64,000 nt of DNA from Nitrospinaceae bacterium (lineage in GTDB: Bacteria; Nitrospinota; Nitrospinia; Nitrospinales; VA-1): positions 170,278-234,277 of the forward strand of contig BQJC01000004.1 in NCBI GenBank assembly GCA_021604505.1. Direction: 5' to 3'. Each line of letters begins with the position of its first letter. Positions within the stretch are counted from its first letter, which is position 1. The notes below the pieces were generated by a model. The model saw only the letters and a program-made list of their open reading frames with translations. It was not told the origin of the DNA and did not search any database. Made by a program: the position numbers and the translations under genes. Of the stretch, positions 49,121-58,480 are shown one piece after another.

Positions 49121-51961
49121 TCATGATATTTTTTGAGCGGTCAGCCCTGGCTCACGTGCCAAAAGCTCTCGGATGGGGGATAGATCGGGAAGGCCCAAGG
49201 TTTCTGATATAGCATCATCAATTCTTTTGCGGGTTTGATCCTGATCAAGCCTTGCGATAGCTTCCAGACTTTCCTCGGCAAGATCGTCATATACAGCTGC
49301 TAATGCATTCAAATTTTCAGAATCAAGGGCGCGCACATCAAGAACTGGCATGCTCGTCCAAGCAGGTTTTTTCATTTGCATCCAGGCACTGCGTGTTATA
49401 ACACGTCGACCAAAGTACATTAATAAGGACGGCGAACTATTGAGCCACAAAATTAAAGCCTTTTCGTGCTGTTCATTTAAGGATTGCCCTTTCAACGCCC
49501 ACCAAGTATTTCCAAGAACTTCTGTATCAAAACGGATAGCAATAACGCGGTGCGTCACAGGCCATAAACGTTCCGCAATCAAAATACGCCCGGCTTTTGA
49601 CCATACCGAATTTGCCTTTTTAATTGTTTTCCGCCCTTTGGCCGGTTTTGTCCGCTCTAGTAAATGAGCGTTAGCTGATTGCCCAAGGCAATATACCTTA
49701 TTTGCTTCATGGCCCCAGAATGCCGGATAAGAGGACCAAGTATCCGTGGAAATTTCAAAAGCATCATGAATATCCCGGCGATCATATCCAAGTTCTCCGA
49801 GGTCCCCAAGTTTGCATATTGATAAAGCCTCAGACTCCTGGCAGCCTGGAACCACTAACCTCCCATTCTGCAGGTTCCAAAAGCTTCGCAACAACTGGGT
49901 CTGCGCAAAAAGAGCTCCCGTCCAGTTCTCTTCAGTTTTTGCGGGGGGCATTGTTACCATCTCCCCCAATTTTGTTGCACTCGACCTGATAGTGGTCAAA
50001 CCCAAATCTTCAACAGACACTGGTTCTGTTGTGTGCTCGATACGGTTGGCTAAATCAAGAGCCTCATGGATGGTATGCGGATTTCTCCATAAATTGATAT
50101 AAGTCGTTCGCTCAGCCTCTTCTTTGCCTTCCCGTTTTCGAGCAATAAACAAAATCTCGGAAAGGTCTGTGTTCTCTGAAAAGTTGGGCCGCTCTGCATC
50201 ATGACTCGCAATGACCGTTTCTAAATGATAACTATTGGCAATCAACTTACGTGTCGCTCCCCAAGCTTCGCCAGATACAAGTGCGGCAGGCAATACGAAA
50301 GCAAGACGGCCGCCCTTTTCCAGATGGCGATCCCCAAGCGCGACGAACACACTTCCGAGTCCAGCAGTTGCACTGGCACCAATTTTTTTTACCTGCTTCT
50401 TTAGCTCAGATTGCAGTGATCCACGTTCATCTGGAAGAGAACCAAACAATAAATTGCCACCGACACTTCTGACAAAAGGCGGATTCATCACGCATAAATT
50501 CAACTTAGGAACTTTTGCGTTCGTGGCAACACTCGAAGATGCCCCGGTCCGAACCGACTCGACGGCGGAGTAGTCTAACGCAACTTGGGTTTGGACCTCG
50601 TTGGTTGTAAGGAATTCAAGACTTCCAAGTCTTGGAACGCTATGATCTAGCCCCATAGGCATTACGTAAAGGTTCATGCGGACGAAAGCCACTTCAGGTG
50701 CAAGAATGGCCAGGGTTGAAGCTGTAAGATGTACCGCAGATGGCAAAACGTCATAACCGTATAGAACATTCTCCATCAATGTTCGATGAAGGGTTCTAAG
50801 ATCAACCGGACTGAGGGACCTATTGGTTTCTGCTCGAAGCTTAATATACTTATCGGAAAGAGCTTGGGCCGTTGCCATTAGCAAAGTGCCTGTACCACAA
50901 GCCAAGTCACCAACTTTAAAAGATGCCAACTCCACTGGGTCGCCAAAATCCCTATTCCAAGGTTTTGCAAGGGCCAGCTTAAGAAGCAAAGTCGCGGATG
51001 ATACAGACGTATAGTAGGTTCCAAGGAATTTTGCGTGATGAAGTAACCAGTGGTAGATTCGGCCCATCAGGTCATGACGAAGGGCCGATTGCTGGGCGCA
51101 TATCGTTTTGGATTTCTCTAGCAAGGACCGCACTGCCTGTAGGGTATTAGAACTTAAAGGAAGCTCATCTAGAACACGTCCGCCGAGCTGAAATATAGGA
51201 ACATAGTTGATGTTTTCCCAAATCCAGCGCCAATGCTCATTGGTTGCAGAAACTATGTCCTTTTCCTTATCCAGTTTGTTAAGGGAACTGATCCGGCGAT
51301 CTGTGTGAGCTAGCTGCTCCTGGAAAATAAAAGCGTTTGCCAAAACAAGAGCTGAAACTTTTGCGGAAGTTTCCCGGCGCTCATCAGATTTTGCCGGTTT
51401 TTCATCTTTCGTAGGATATATACCGAGGAGATTTGAAAGGCGGTCGCATGCCCCTTCTTGCCCCATCCAAAGCTTTGCAACTCCCACAAGCTGAATGGAA
51501 AGAGATTTCGCCATTTTTTCAACAAGATCATCTTCAGTGAGCGCCTCCTGAGCCCGACGCAAAGCATCCATAAGTGAAGCCGGGGTTCCTTCATACCAAT
51601 CCTCACTCTCACCAACTTCGGAAACAATGCGGTATTTTAATTGGGCTGACTGAAGAACTTCTTCTATTTTGGACGTTGAGGTCGTCCTAAGCTCCAGGGG
51701 GTAAACCGCAGCAGCGGCAATATGAGCAATACCGTTTCTTACCCGATTTCGTGCATCATCAAGAACGACTTCATCAGCGTTTGGGTGATCAGCAAATTTA
51801 CCTTCAATAACGACTCTCAGGCCTCTCATCTGGAATAAAACATCTGGGCGATGCTTGCCATGAACCTGTATTGTCTCGGCATCAGCCGTCACTCCCAGCT
51901 TTGAAATCAAAATTGCAAGCTGGGTGTTTACGGCTTCTTCTCTATTTCTGTTTTTTGCCAT
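49121..51961 (-). CDS. fused PD-(D/E)xK nuclease / gamma-class N6-adenine DNA methyltransferase (Type IIG/IIL-like restriction-modification enzyme)
   Basis: D40-x12-E53-x-K55 (RPDVLFQMRGLRVVIEGK). LGTYYTS, VGDLACGTGTLL (motif I) and CVMNPPF (motif IV, residues 493-496). About 450-aa C-terminal region. The gene looks AT-richer than its flanks. Confidence 0.7.
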   Translation of the reverse strand: MAKNRNREEAVNTQLAILISKLGVTADAETIQVHGKHRPDVLFQMRGLRVVIEGKFADHPNADEVVLDDARNRVRNGIAHIAAAAVYPLELRTTSTSKIEEVLQSAQLKYRIVSEVGESEDWYEGTPASLMDALRRAQEALTEDDLVEKMAKSLSIQLVGVAKLWMGQEGACDRLSNLLGIYPTKDEKPAKSDERRETSAKVSALVLANAFIFQEQLAHTDRRISSLNKLDKEKDIVSATNEHWRWIWENINYVPIFQLGGRVLDELPLSSNTLQAVRSLLEKSKTICAQQSALRHDLMGRIYHWLLHHAKFLGTYYTSVSSATLLLKLALAKPWNRDFGDPVELASFKVGDLACGTGTLLMATAQALSDKYIKLRAETNRSLSPVDLRTLHRTLMENVLYGYDVLPSAVHLTASTLAILAPEVAFVRMNLYVMPMGLDHSVPRLGSLEFLTTNEVQTQVALDYSAVESVRTGASSSVATNAKVPKLNLCVMNPPFVRSVGGNLLFGSLPDERGSLQSELKKQVKKIGASATAGLGSVFVALGDRHLEKGGRLAFVLPAALVSGEAWGATRKLIANSYHLETVIASHDAERPNFSENTDLSEILFIARKREGKEEAERTTYINLWRNPHTIHEALDLANRIEHTTEPVSVEDLGLTTIRSSATKLGEMVTMPPAKTEENWTGALFAQTQLLRSFWNLQNGRLVVPGCQESEALSICKLGDLGELGYDRRDIHDAFEISTDTWSSYPAFWGHEANKVYCLGQSANAHLLERTKPAKGRKTIKKANSVWSKAGRILIAERLWPVTHRVIAIRFDTEVLGNTWWALKGQSLNEQHEKALILWLNSSPSLLMYFGRRVITRSAWMQMKKPAWTSMPVLDVRALDSENLNALAAVYDDLAEESLEAIARLDQDQTRKRIDDAISETLGLPDLSPIRELLAREPGLTAQKIS

Positions 51962-52048
51962 AAATTTTTTGTTTTACTTTGCGCTCTTTCCAAAAAATCT
52001 TGATCCAATTTGGGGAACCATACCATATTTCCTTCCCATTTCACCGAC

Positions 52049-52594
52049 TCACCCAAATATCCCGGTGGGTTTGCCGTCGATGCTTTTTTGATTTTTATCC
52101 TGCCAATATTTTTTGATTCCCTCTTCGCCCTTTTTTTCCGCCCATTGTACCAGCACGTCACGCTCGCCAACGAATTCATATAACGGCACGCTGAAACCGC
52201 AGGAGGTGGCCAGGCTCTCAATCTCCAATGAAAAAATCTGCCGCGCTCCAGGAACCGCCTGAAAAAGGCTGATGGAAGCCTCCCACTCCGCATCGCGGGG
52301 ATGAATGGCTGTTGCCTTTCCATAGACACGCAAGACCTGCGGTTTACCTTCAAAGGCGCAAAACATGAGGGTCATACGCTGGCATTCCAGGACATGCGCC
52401 GCGGTTTCATTGCCGCTTCCCGTATAGTTCAGCCAGATTATTTTTTTGGGGCCGATCACTCGCAAAGAGTCCATGCCCTTGGGAGAAATATTCACCCGGC
52501 CATCCCTTCCCGCCGTCGCGACGAAAAACAGGTGCTGGTTCTTTATAAACTCCAATAGGGTTTCATCCAGTTTCGACATCTGTTCACTCACCAC
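52049..52594 (-). CDS. pyridoxamine 5'-phosphate oxidase-family (FMN-binding split-barrel) protein
   Basis: LLEFIKNQHLFFVATAGRDGRVNISPKG...WLNYTGSGNETAAHV is typical of the PNPOx-like family. The start could instead be the ATG at 52582. Confidence 0.75.
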   Translation of the reverse strand: MVSEQMSKLDETLLEFIKNQHLFFVATAGRDGRVNISPKGMDSLRVIGPKKIIWLNYTGSGNETAAHVLECQRMTLMFCAFEGKPQVLRVYGKATAIHPRDAEWEASISLFQAVPGARQIFSLEIESLATSCGFSVPLYEFVGERDVLVQWAEKKGEEGIKKYWQDKNQKSIDGKPTGIFG

Positions 52595-52642
52595 GACCTC
52601 TCCATGTTATTGCCAACGGTAACTGTTCCGCCCTGCTCCCGG

Positions 52643-52978
52643 TCAAACGAATGCGCCGGCATCAAAAATCAGTAAAATTCGGCTGATTTTTCCATCTTTC
52701 ACTTCAAACCACTGCGCCATCGGGGTGGACACGCCGGGTTTAATGAATTCATAAATTAAACAAGCAGAGGAATCATCTTCAAAAGACCGGATGATTTTGT
52801 ACTGAAATTCTTTTGGTGGGTCCACTTCTATCGATTTTATATAGTCCTCTGCAGAGTCGAATTGGTAAAAAGGTCCGCTGAACGAAAAGTCGTCGGCCAA
52901 CAAAGGACGCAACTTCTCAAGATTCTCACCGGGGAAAAAAATATCCATAAATTTTAGAGCCAGCTGAATGGGTTCCAT
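52643..52978 (-). CDS. NTF2/SnoaL-like small protein
   Basis: 111 aa starting at MEPIQLALKFMDIF...F.F.GP...W.EVKDGKISRI, a pattern typical of SnoaL-like folds. Confidence 0.5.
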   Translation of the reverse strand: MEPIQLALKFMDIFFPGENLEKLRPLLADDFSFSGPFYQFDSAEDYIKSIEVDPPKEFQYKIIRSFEDDSSACLIYEFIKPGVSTPMAQWFEVKDGKISRILLIFDAGAFV

Positions 52979-53025
52979 CGTATTGCCTGTTTTGCGTCCT
53001 GGCGGCTTAGCGAAAGAAAGACTCC

Positions 53026-53472
53026 TCACCCTTCTTCCTGATTCTCGGAATTTTCGAAGGAAAGAAATTCCAGTCGGCTCTGGTAGTCCAAAGTGTCGAA
53101 TTGCCCTCCCTGACGAAAGGAAGCAAAATACAGGTCCGCATAAACCGCTATGATTGCATGCAGAGCGCTGTGGTTATCCATTCCCTGGTCAAGGAGCCGC
53201 TTATAGGTTACGGAGACAAAATCCGGCTGTCCGAGGGTGATTTGTTTATCAACAGTCACATGCAAAACCGTGTGCACAAATGGACTGACGATTTGTCCGT
53301 CGATTTCCTGCGGATAGGTCGCTAATTCGCCCTGTTTCCAGATTTCATCGAACTCCGGATGCAGATCCATGATGTGGGCGATGCGCTCATCAAGCTCTTC
53401 AAAGGTTTTTCCTTCTTCCCGGCCGGCGGCCACCTCAAGGATTCTCACCTGAGTTTCTTTATCAAAATCCAT
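53026..53472 (-). CDS. DUF1841 family protein
   Basis: HPEFDEIW...SPFVHTVLHVTVDKQI...HSALHAI... follows the DUF1841 pattern (HPEY...NPFLH..LH...EQ...H.AEH) as I remember it. Confidence 0.55.
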   Translation of the reverse strand: MDFDKETQVRILEVAAGREEGKTFEELDERIAHIMDLHPEFDEIWKQGELATYPQEIDGQIVSPFVHTVLHVTVDKQITLGQPDFVSVTYKRLLDQGMDNHSALHAIIAVYADLYFASFRQGGQFDTLDYQSRLEFLSFENSENQEEG

Positions 53473-53600
53473 TATCTTGATCCCCTGTAAAAAGGAATTT
53501 ACTGAACGGCACTAGCATCGCAAAAGGGTACTTTGGAATCCTGCCACCGTGCAATAAATACTGGAATAGTCTGAAAAAAAGTTAGTTAAACGCACTTGAA

Positions 53601-53885
53601 TCAAGGCGTTTCTGAAAAATGCGACCTTCTGTCCTTACCGCCCCCGCCATAAACCATGAACACCCGTTTTCCCTGGCGCATGTGATACTTCGCCCAGGCG
53701 GGGGATTCTCCTCCAAAACTGGCATCCGGGTCTTCTCCTTCGGCTTTCAAATAGTCCGGATAATCCAGACCCGCGTCATAAGCATCCATTAAAAGGCATT
53801 CTGTGGTGAACCCTTTTCCCTCCAATTTGATCTTACTTAGGAATTCTTCGATCTTTGCGGGATCGTTCAATTCAATAGGGGCCAT
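53601..53885 (-). CDS. hypothetical protein (94 aa)
   Basis: ORF only, no motif recognised. Confidence 0.4.
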   Translation of the reverse strand: MAPIELNDPAKIEEFLSKIKLEGKGFTTECLLMDAYDAGLDYPDYLKAEGEDPDASFGGESPAWAKYHMRQGKRVFMVYGGGGKDRRSHFSETP

Positions 53886-54079
53886 TATTTTTTCCTGTAA
53901 AGTTTATAGATTGGCAATTATTCTGTTTTTATACCTATTAGGATTCCGATAAAGCCATTTGGACTTATCAAAACTTCATAAAATTTAGGTAAATCGCTCA
54001 TTTTAGGCTATATTAGCATACAGATTCAACGCACCCTCTTCCCAAAAAGGATATGCATAACTAATAAGGAAGAAAAAAC

Positions 54080-54409
54080 ATGATTATCCAGGAAAACCTT
54101 TTATTAAATCGTGCCGAGCCCAACGGGCTGGGAGGAACTCAATTCCTCTACAAAATAAACGATTATGGCCTGGCCGCCATCAGCAAACCCCAGGAAAATA
54201 TATCGAATATTCACTGGGAAGTGGATGTCATAAAATACCTCAATGAGAAACCCCTTGAATACGAGGTCTGTCACACCACGGAGCTGGCGGATAAAACATT
54301 GAAATTTTATAGTGATAAAACCTTGAACGAATTCCTGCAAAAGGCGTTCGGTTATTTCAACGAACTGAATTTATTGGAAAACATGTTGCCAGAGGATAAG
54401 CCTTCCTAA
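54080..54409 (+). CDS. hypothetical protein (109 aa)
   Basis: ORF with AAGGAAG about 9 nt upstream. No motif recognised. Confidence 0.45.
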   Translation: MIIQENLLLNRAEPNGLGGTQFLYKINDYGLAAISKPQENISNIHWEVDVIKYLNEKPLEYEVCHTTELADKTLKFYSDKTLNEFLQKAFGYFNELNLLENMLPEDKPS

Positions 54410-54435
54410 AATGATGAATCAGGGCCTGTTAATGC

Positions 54436-54465
54436 TTGACAGGGCTTGTGTTTGTTATTTACTAT
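54436..54465 (+). promoter_or_regulatory. candidate sigma70 promoter of the OFOR operon
   Basis: TTGACA, 18 nt spacer, TACTAT. About 150 nt upstream of the ATG at 54618. Confidence 0.4.
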
Positions 54466-54617
54466 AGGACTCTTTTTCAAGGCGAAATAGCGGTTGGGCT
54501 CCTTTAGAGCAAACCTCAATAAATCATAAAGTTAGGAAAAATCCAAGTTAATTTGTATTTCAGCAAGCGCAATCAGTGCTCTGCGGTCAAAAAAATGATA
54601 TTCACAGGAGACGTAGC

Positions 54618-55829
54618 ATGTCGAACATGAATGCCCAAGCAGAAGGCAAACCGGCGGATTGGGTACCTGCAGGAGATAAACAAAAAATAGTCAGTGCGGA
54701 GGAGATGTTTTTCAAACTCCCGCGGGAAACTCATTTCATCACAGGAAGTGAAGCCGCCCGCGAATCGATTCGCAGAGCCAATGTGGACATCGCCATTTCC
54801 TATCCCATCACCCCGCAAAGTGAAACCATGCAGCAGGCGGGCTATCTTTACGATGAAGGATACATCAAGGAATATTACCGGGGCGAAGAAGAAATTGGCG
54901 TGATGTCAGCAATTTCCGGCGCTTCCCGTGCGGGCGTTCGCTGTTTGACGGCGACCGCGGGTCCGGGTCTCATGCGCGGTATGGAAGCGATCAGTTCCTG
55001 GCCGGGAGCGAGGGTCCCCCTTGTACTAATGGATATGTGCCGGGTCATCAACACCCCGCTGGCAATCCAGCCGGACAATATCGAGATGTCTTTTTTAATC
55101 AATACGGGCATCCTCCTTCTACACGCTGAAAATCAGCAGGATTTCTATGATTATCCCTTAGCGGCTTTCATGGTTTCTGAAGAAGTGGATGTCACCTTAC
55201 CTGCTGTGGTATCGGTGGATGGATTTTTTGTGACTCATGCGCGGGGCCAGGTATCCATGACTCCGGAAGAATACAAATTACCGCCGAGAGACGGCTGGCG
55301 GGCAGCGATACCGGCAATGGACAATGAAAATCCTCCGGCCCGGTTGTCTCGGGATGCGCCCATTCAGAAGAGTAATTTTATCAGCTATCACATGCATTCC
55401 AGTTGGCAGCAGGAAGTTTTTGCCGCTGTTGAGCGTTCTGCAAAATATTTCAGGAAATATCTCAACGGTTTGGTCGAAGTGGTCAATCCCGGAGCGGAAG
55501 ATTTCATCATCGCCTCCGGAGCCGCCGCTTCACAGGCGCGGGAAGCGGTCCGCCAAGAGGGAGAAAAAGGCCGCAAGGTAGGGTTGGTTAAAATCAAATC
55601 CATTCGCCCCTTCCCGCATGCGGAACTGGTTGAAGCGGTCAAGGATGCCAAACGAATTTTGATTCCTGAGTTCAACCAGGCGGGTTGGATGCACAAGGAG
55701 GTTTGTGCAACCCTGTATGGCAGGTGTAAGGCAATCATTTCCGCAGGACCGAGAGTTTACGGCGGCATGACCATGCCTACCGAAATGATTCTCGAGTGGC
55801 TGGAAAAAACCAGAAAAGACAACCCCTGA
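54618..55829 (+). CDS. 2-oxoacid:ferredoxin oxidoreductase alpha subunit
   Basis: ITGSEAARESIRRANVDIAISYPITPQSE is typical of PorA/KorA. AGGAG lies 7 nt upstream of the ATG. Confidence 0.9.
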   Translation: MSNMNAQAEGKPADWVPAGDKQKIVSAEEMFFKLPRETHFITGSEAARESIRRANVDIAISYPITPQSETMQQAGYLYDEGYIKEYYRGEEEIGVMSAISGASRAGVRCLTATAGPGLMRGMEAISSWPGARVPLVLMDMCRVINTPLAIQPDNIEMSFLINTGILLLHAENQQDFYDYPLAAFMVSEEVDVTLPAVVSVDGFFVTHARGQVSMTPEEYKLPPRDGWRAAIPAMDNENPPARLSRDAPIQKSNFISYHMHSSWQQEVFAAVERSAKYFRKYLNGLVEVVNPGAEDFIIASGAAASQAREAVRQEGEKGRKVGLVKIKSIRPFPHAELVEAVKDAKRILIPEFNQAGWMHKEVCATLYGRCKAIISAGPRVYGGMTMPTEMILEWLEKTRKDNP

Positions 55830-55996
55830 TGACTCGGGGCTGAAAATTCCGCCTTCCAGCAACAGCGGAAGGTTATCTGGAATCAATCAAACCAGATGAT
55901 TCTAGTTAAATTAGTTCAGACGGTGTATTATGAAGTTGTTTAGATTCACTCAATACCTACTAATAAACCTGTAACACATATAAAAAGGATGAAACC

Positions 55997-56869
55997 ATGT
56001 CTTTTGAAACTCTAAGACCTTCACCCGCTTTAAAAGAATTTCTTCCAATCGAATACAAGGATCTCGTTGAGAATGGCCCCTACGGCAAAAATAAAAAAGT
56101 GACCGACATGGGGAAATTCAAGGAAGTTCTTGAAGAGCATCCCATGTGCGCAGGCTGTGCAATGACTTTGTTTATCCGCTTGATGTACATTGGTATGCCC
56201 AACCCCGAGCATACCATTGTCGTCGGTACGGCAGGGTGTGGTCGTTTGGCCTTGTCCCAGGCTTCGGTTCCATTTATTTACGGGAACTATGGCGACACCA
56301 ACGCAGTTGCTTCCGGCCTGAAACGCGGTTTGGAAATTCGATTCCCAAATCAGTTCAAGGATATTGTTGTTTGCGCCGGTGATGGCGGCCTGGTCGATAT
56401 CGGATTCCAGGGCCTGATGCACAGCTGGTTCCGTCATGAGAAATTCGCTACCGTATTGCTGGACAACGAAGTTTATGGAAACACCGGTGGACAGGAAAGC
56501 GGCATGACCAATCAGGGAAAAGTTCTAAAAATGGCTCCGCGCGGAAAAAAAGACGAAAAAATGGACGTGATAGGGTTGGCCAAGGTTGCCAAGCTCGATT
56601 ACATCGCTCGCCTCGCACCGACCAATCCGGCGCGTGTCGCCCGCACCATTCGGCGCTCCATTCTTATCGCCAGAGAGTTCGGAGCTACCTATGTTCAGGC
56701 CTATACTTCCTGCAACATCGAGTACTCCATCCCGACTCCGGATGTCATGAAGGACGCTTTTGAAATTGAAAAAGACCGTTATGGGTTTGAAGAGATCATT
56801 TCTGATCGAGCCAAAGAGTATTTGAAAGAAATTGAAGGCAAAGACAAGAAAAAGAAAGCAAAAAAATAA
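55997..56869 (+). CDS. 2-oxoacid:ferredoxin oxidoreductase beta (TPP-binding) subunit
   Basis: CAGC...GCGR Cys ligands and TPP motif CAGDGGLVDIGFQGL...NEVYGNTGGQ. Lys-rich C-terminal tail. Confidence 0.9.
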   Translation: MSFETLRPSPALKEFLPIEYKDLVENGPYGKNKKVTDMGKFKEVLEEHPMCAGCAMTLFIRLMYIGMPNPEHTIVVGTAGCGRLALSQASVPFIYGNYGDTNAVASGLKRGLEIRFPNQFKDIVVCAGDGGLVDIGFQGLMHSWFRHEKFATVLLDNEVYGNTGGQESGMTNQGKVLKMAPRGKKDEKMDVIGLAKVAKLDYIARLAPTNPARVARTIRRSILIAREFGATYVQAYTSCNIEYSIPTPDVMKDAFEIEKDRYGFEEIISDRAKEYLKEIEGKDKKKKAKK

Positions 56870-56884
56870 AGGAGGCAAGTAATA

Positions 56885-57616
56885 ATGTCTGTCAAACGCT
56901 ATAACGTTCGAATGGCGGGAATCGGAGGTCAGGGTGTGGTGACCGCCTCTCATATTATCAGTAATGGAGTGGTTATTTCCGGTGGACACAGTTCCCTCGT
57001 TCCGTTTTTCGGTTCCGAAAAACGAAACGCGCCGGTAGAAAGCTATGTCAGGATTTCCAGCGATGTTATTTACGAGATTGGCGAAATCATCTTCCCGAAT
57101 GTGATCATGATTTTCCATCCCTCGGTCATCACTCTGGGTAAATCCTACACCATGCCGTTTTATACCGGGTTGAAAAAAGACGGAATCATTATAATCAACA
57201 GCCGGACGCCCATTCCTTTCAGTAAGGATGAGCAGAAGGAAATGGATGATATGGAGGCGAAACTCTACTATCTCCCGGCAACTGAAATTGCCAACGATGT
57301 TGCAAAAACCGAGCTCGCCACCAACATGGCGATGTGCGGTGCCATTGCCGCCGTTTTTGGAATGCCAGATCTGGGTTCCCTTGCCGCTTCGGTTAAAGAC
57401 CGGTTCATCGGTAAAGGGATCGTCGTGTCCGGCGGAACGGCCGCCCTTGACAGCGCTATTGAGAAAAAGTTCGCTAAAAAACAGAAACTTCTGGAAGCCA
57501 ATATGAAAACTCTGGAAGCCAGCTACAAATACATGATGGACAAAGGGTGGGCGCACCCGGATGCGAAGTTTGTAGCACTCACAAAAGAACAACACGCGGC
57601 AGCTGGAGTCGCTTAA
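56885..57616 (+). CDS. 2-oxoacid:ferredoxin oxidoreductase gamma subunit
   Basis: RMAGIGGQGVVTASHIIS is the gamma-subunit N-terminal signature. Confidence 0.85.
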   Translation: MSVKRYNVRMAGIGGQGVVTASHIISNGVVISGGHSSLVPFFGSEKRNAPVESYVRISSDVIYEIGEIIFPNVIMIFHPSVITLGKSYTMPFYTGLKKDGIIIINSRTPIPFSKDEQKEMDDMEAKLYYLPATEIANDVAKTELATNMAMCGAIAAVFGMPDLGSLAASVKDRFIGKGIVVSGGTAALDSAIEKKFAKKQKLLEANMKTLEASYKYMMDKGWAHPDAKFVALTKEQHAAAGVA

Positions 57617-57640
57617 AAAATTTAAATTTTTGGAGAAACC

Positions 57641-57904
57641 ATGTACTACGTTGCTGAAGTTGACAAGGACATATGTTCGTCAAAGAACTGTTCTCTTTGC
57701 ACGACCTACTGTCCTGAAGCTAATTGCATTAATTACAGTGAAGCCGACAAATCGGCTTATGTTTCCGTCGACCGCTGTAAGGCGTGCGAGATTTGCGTTT
57801 ATATCTGCGATGAAATCGCCAAGAACAATGCCATAAAAATGAAGTGGATTGATGACCTGGATGAAGGTTTTGTTATCAAGAAAACCGGCCTTGTCATACG
57901 ATAA
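57641..57904 (+). CDS. 2-oxoacid:ferredoxin oxidoreductase delta (2x[4Fe-4S]) subunit
   Basis: CSSKNCSLCTTYCP and CKACEICVYICD cluster motifs, 87 aa. Confidence 0.85.
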   Translation: MYYVAEVDKDICSSKNCSLCTTYCPEANCINYSEADKSAYVSVDRCKACEICVYICDEIAKNNAIKMKWIDDLDEGFVIKKTGLVIR

Positions 57905-57918
57905 TTTCACTACTTTTC

Positions 57919-57960
57919 AAAAAGGTATTTGAGCCTTAATGCTCAAATACCTTTTTTTTT
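57919..57960 (+). terminator. rho-independent terminator after the OFOR operon
   Basis: AAAAGGTATTTGAGC-cttaat-GCTCAAATACCTTTT followed by a T-run. The upstream A-tract makes it potentially bidirectional. Confidence 0.85.
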
Positions 57961-57994
57961 GTCATATCAACATAACTCCAAAGGACATCTCTAA

Positions 57995-58411
57995 ATGGAA
58001 AGAACCCTGGCAATTATCAAACCCGATGGGGTTTACCGAAATCTGATAGGAAAAATCACCGAACGCATCGAATCCAATGAGTTCCGGGTGGTCGCCATGA
58101 AGCGTGCCCTCTTGCCCAAACCGGTTGCGGCAAGATTCTATTATGTGCATAAAGACCGGCCTTTTTACGATAGCTTGTGCACCTTCATGAGTTCAGGTCC
58201 CGTGGTTTTACTGGTTTTGGAGCATGACAATGCAATTTTAGGATGGAGAGAGCTCATGGGAGCCACCAACCCAGCCGAAGCCTCCGACGGAACGATCCGC
58301 AAAGACTTTGGGCTCAGTTTGGAAGAAAATTCAGTCCACGGATCGGACTCCCCGGAAAATGCCGCCTTTGAAATCCCGTTCTTCTTCAGTCAGACTGAAA
58401 TTTTACCATAG
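57995..58411 (+). CDS. ndk: nucleoside diphosphate kinase
   Basis: [13 protein letters not shown]...[11 protein letters not shown]...[10 protein letters not shown]...NSVHGSDS (catalytic His). Confidence 0.96.
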   Translation: MERTLAIIKPDGVYRNLIGKITERIESNEFRVVAMKRALLPKPVAARFYYVHKDRPFYDSLCTFMSSGPVVLLVLEHDNAILGWRELMGATNPAEASDGTIRKDFGLSLEENSVHGSDSPENAAFEIPFFFSQTEILP

Positions 58412-58480
58412 ATATCAATGAGTTAGAATATTTTATCAAAAACGGGGAATCTTCTTCCAGCCCACACCCATCCAAATAGT

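Noticed and set aside
51928-52353. 141-aa ORF overlapping the RM-like gene start and the PNPOx-like gene
   Set aside because: It is out of frame with, and largely inside, the better-supported PNPOx-family ORF. It is Arg/Trp-rich with no ribosome-binding site.
56525-57595. 356-aa ORF antisense to the OFOR beta and gamma genes
   Set aside because: It spans two well-supported subunit genes and the gap between them. There is no motif and the composition is biased. Shadow ORF.
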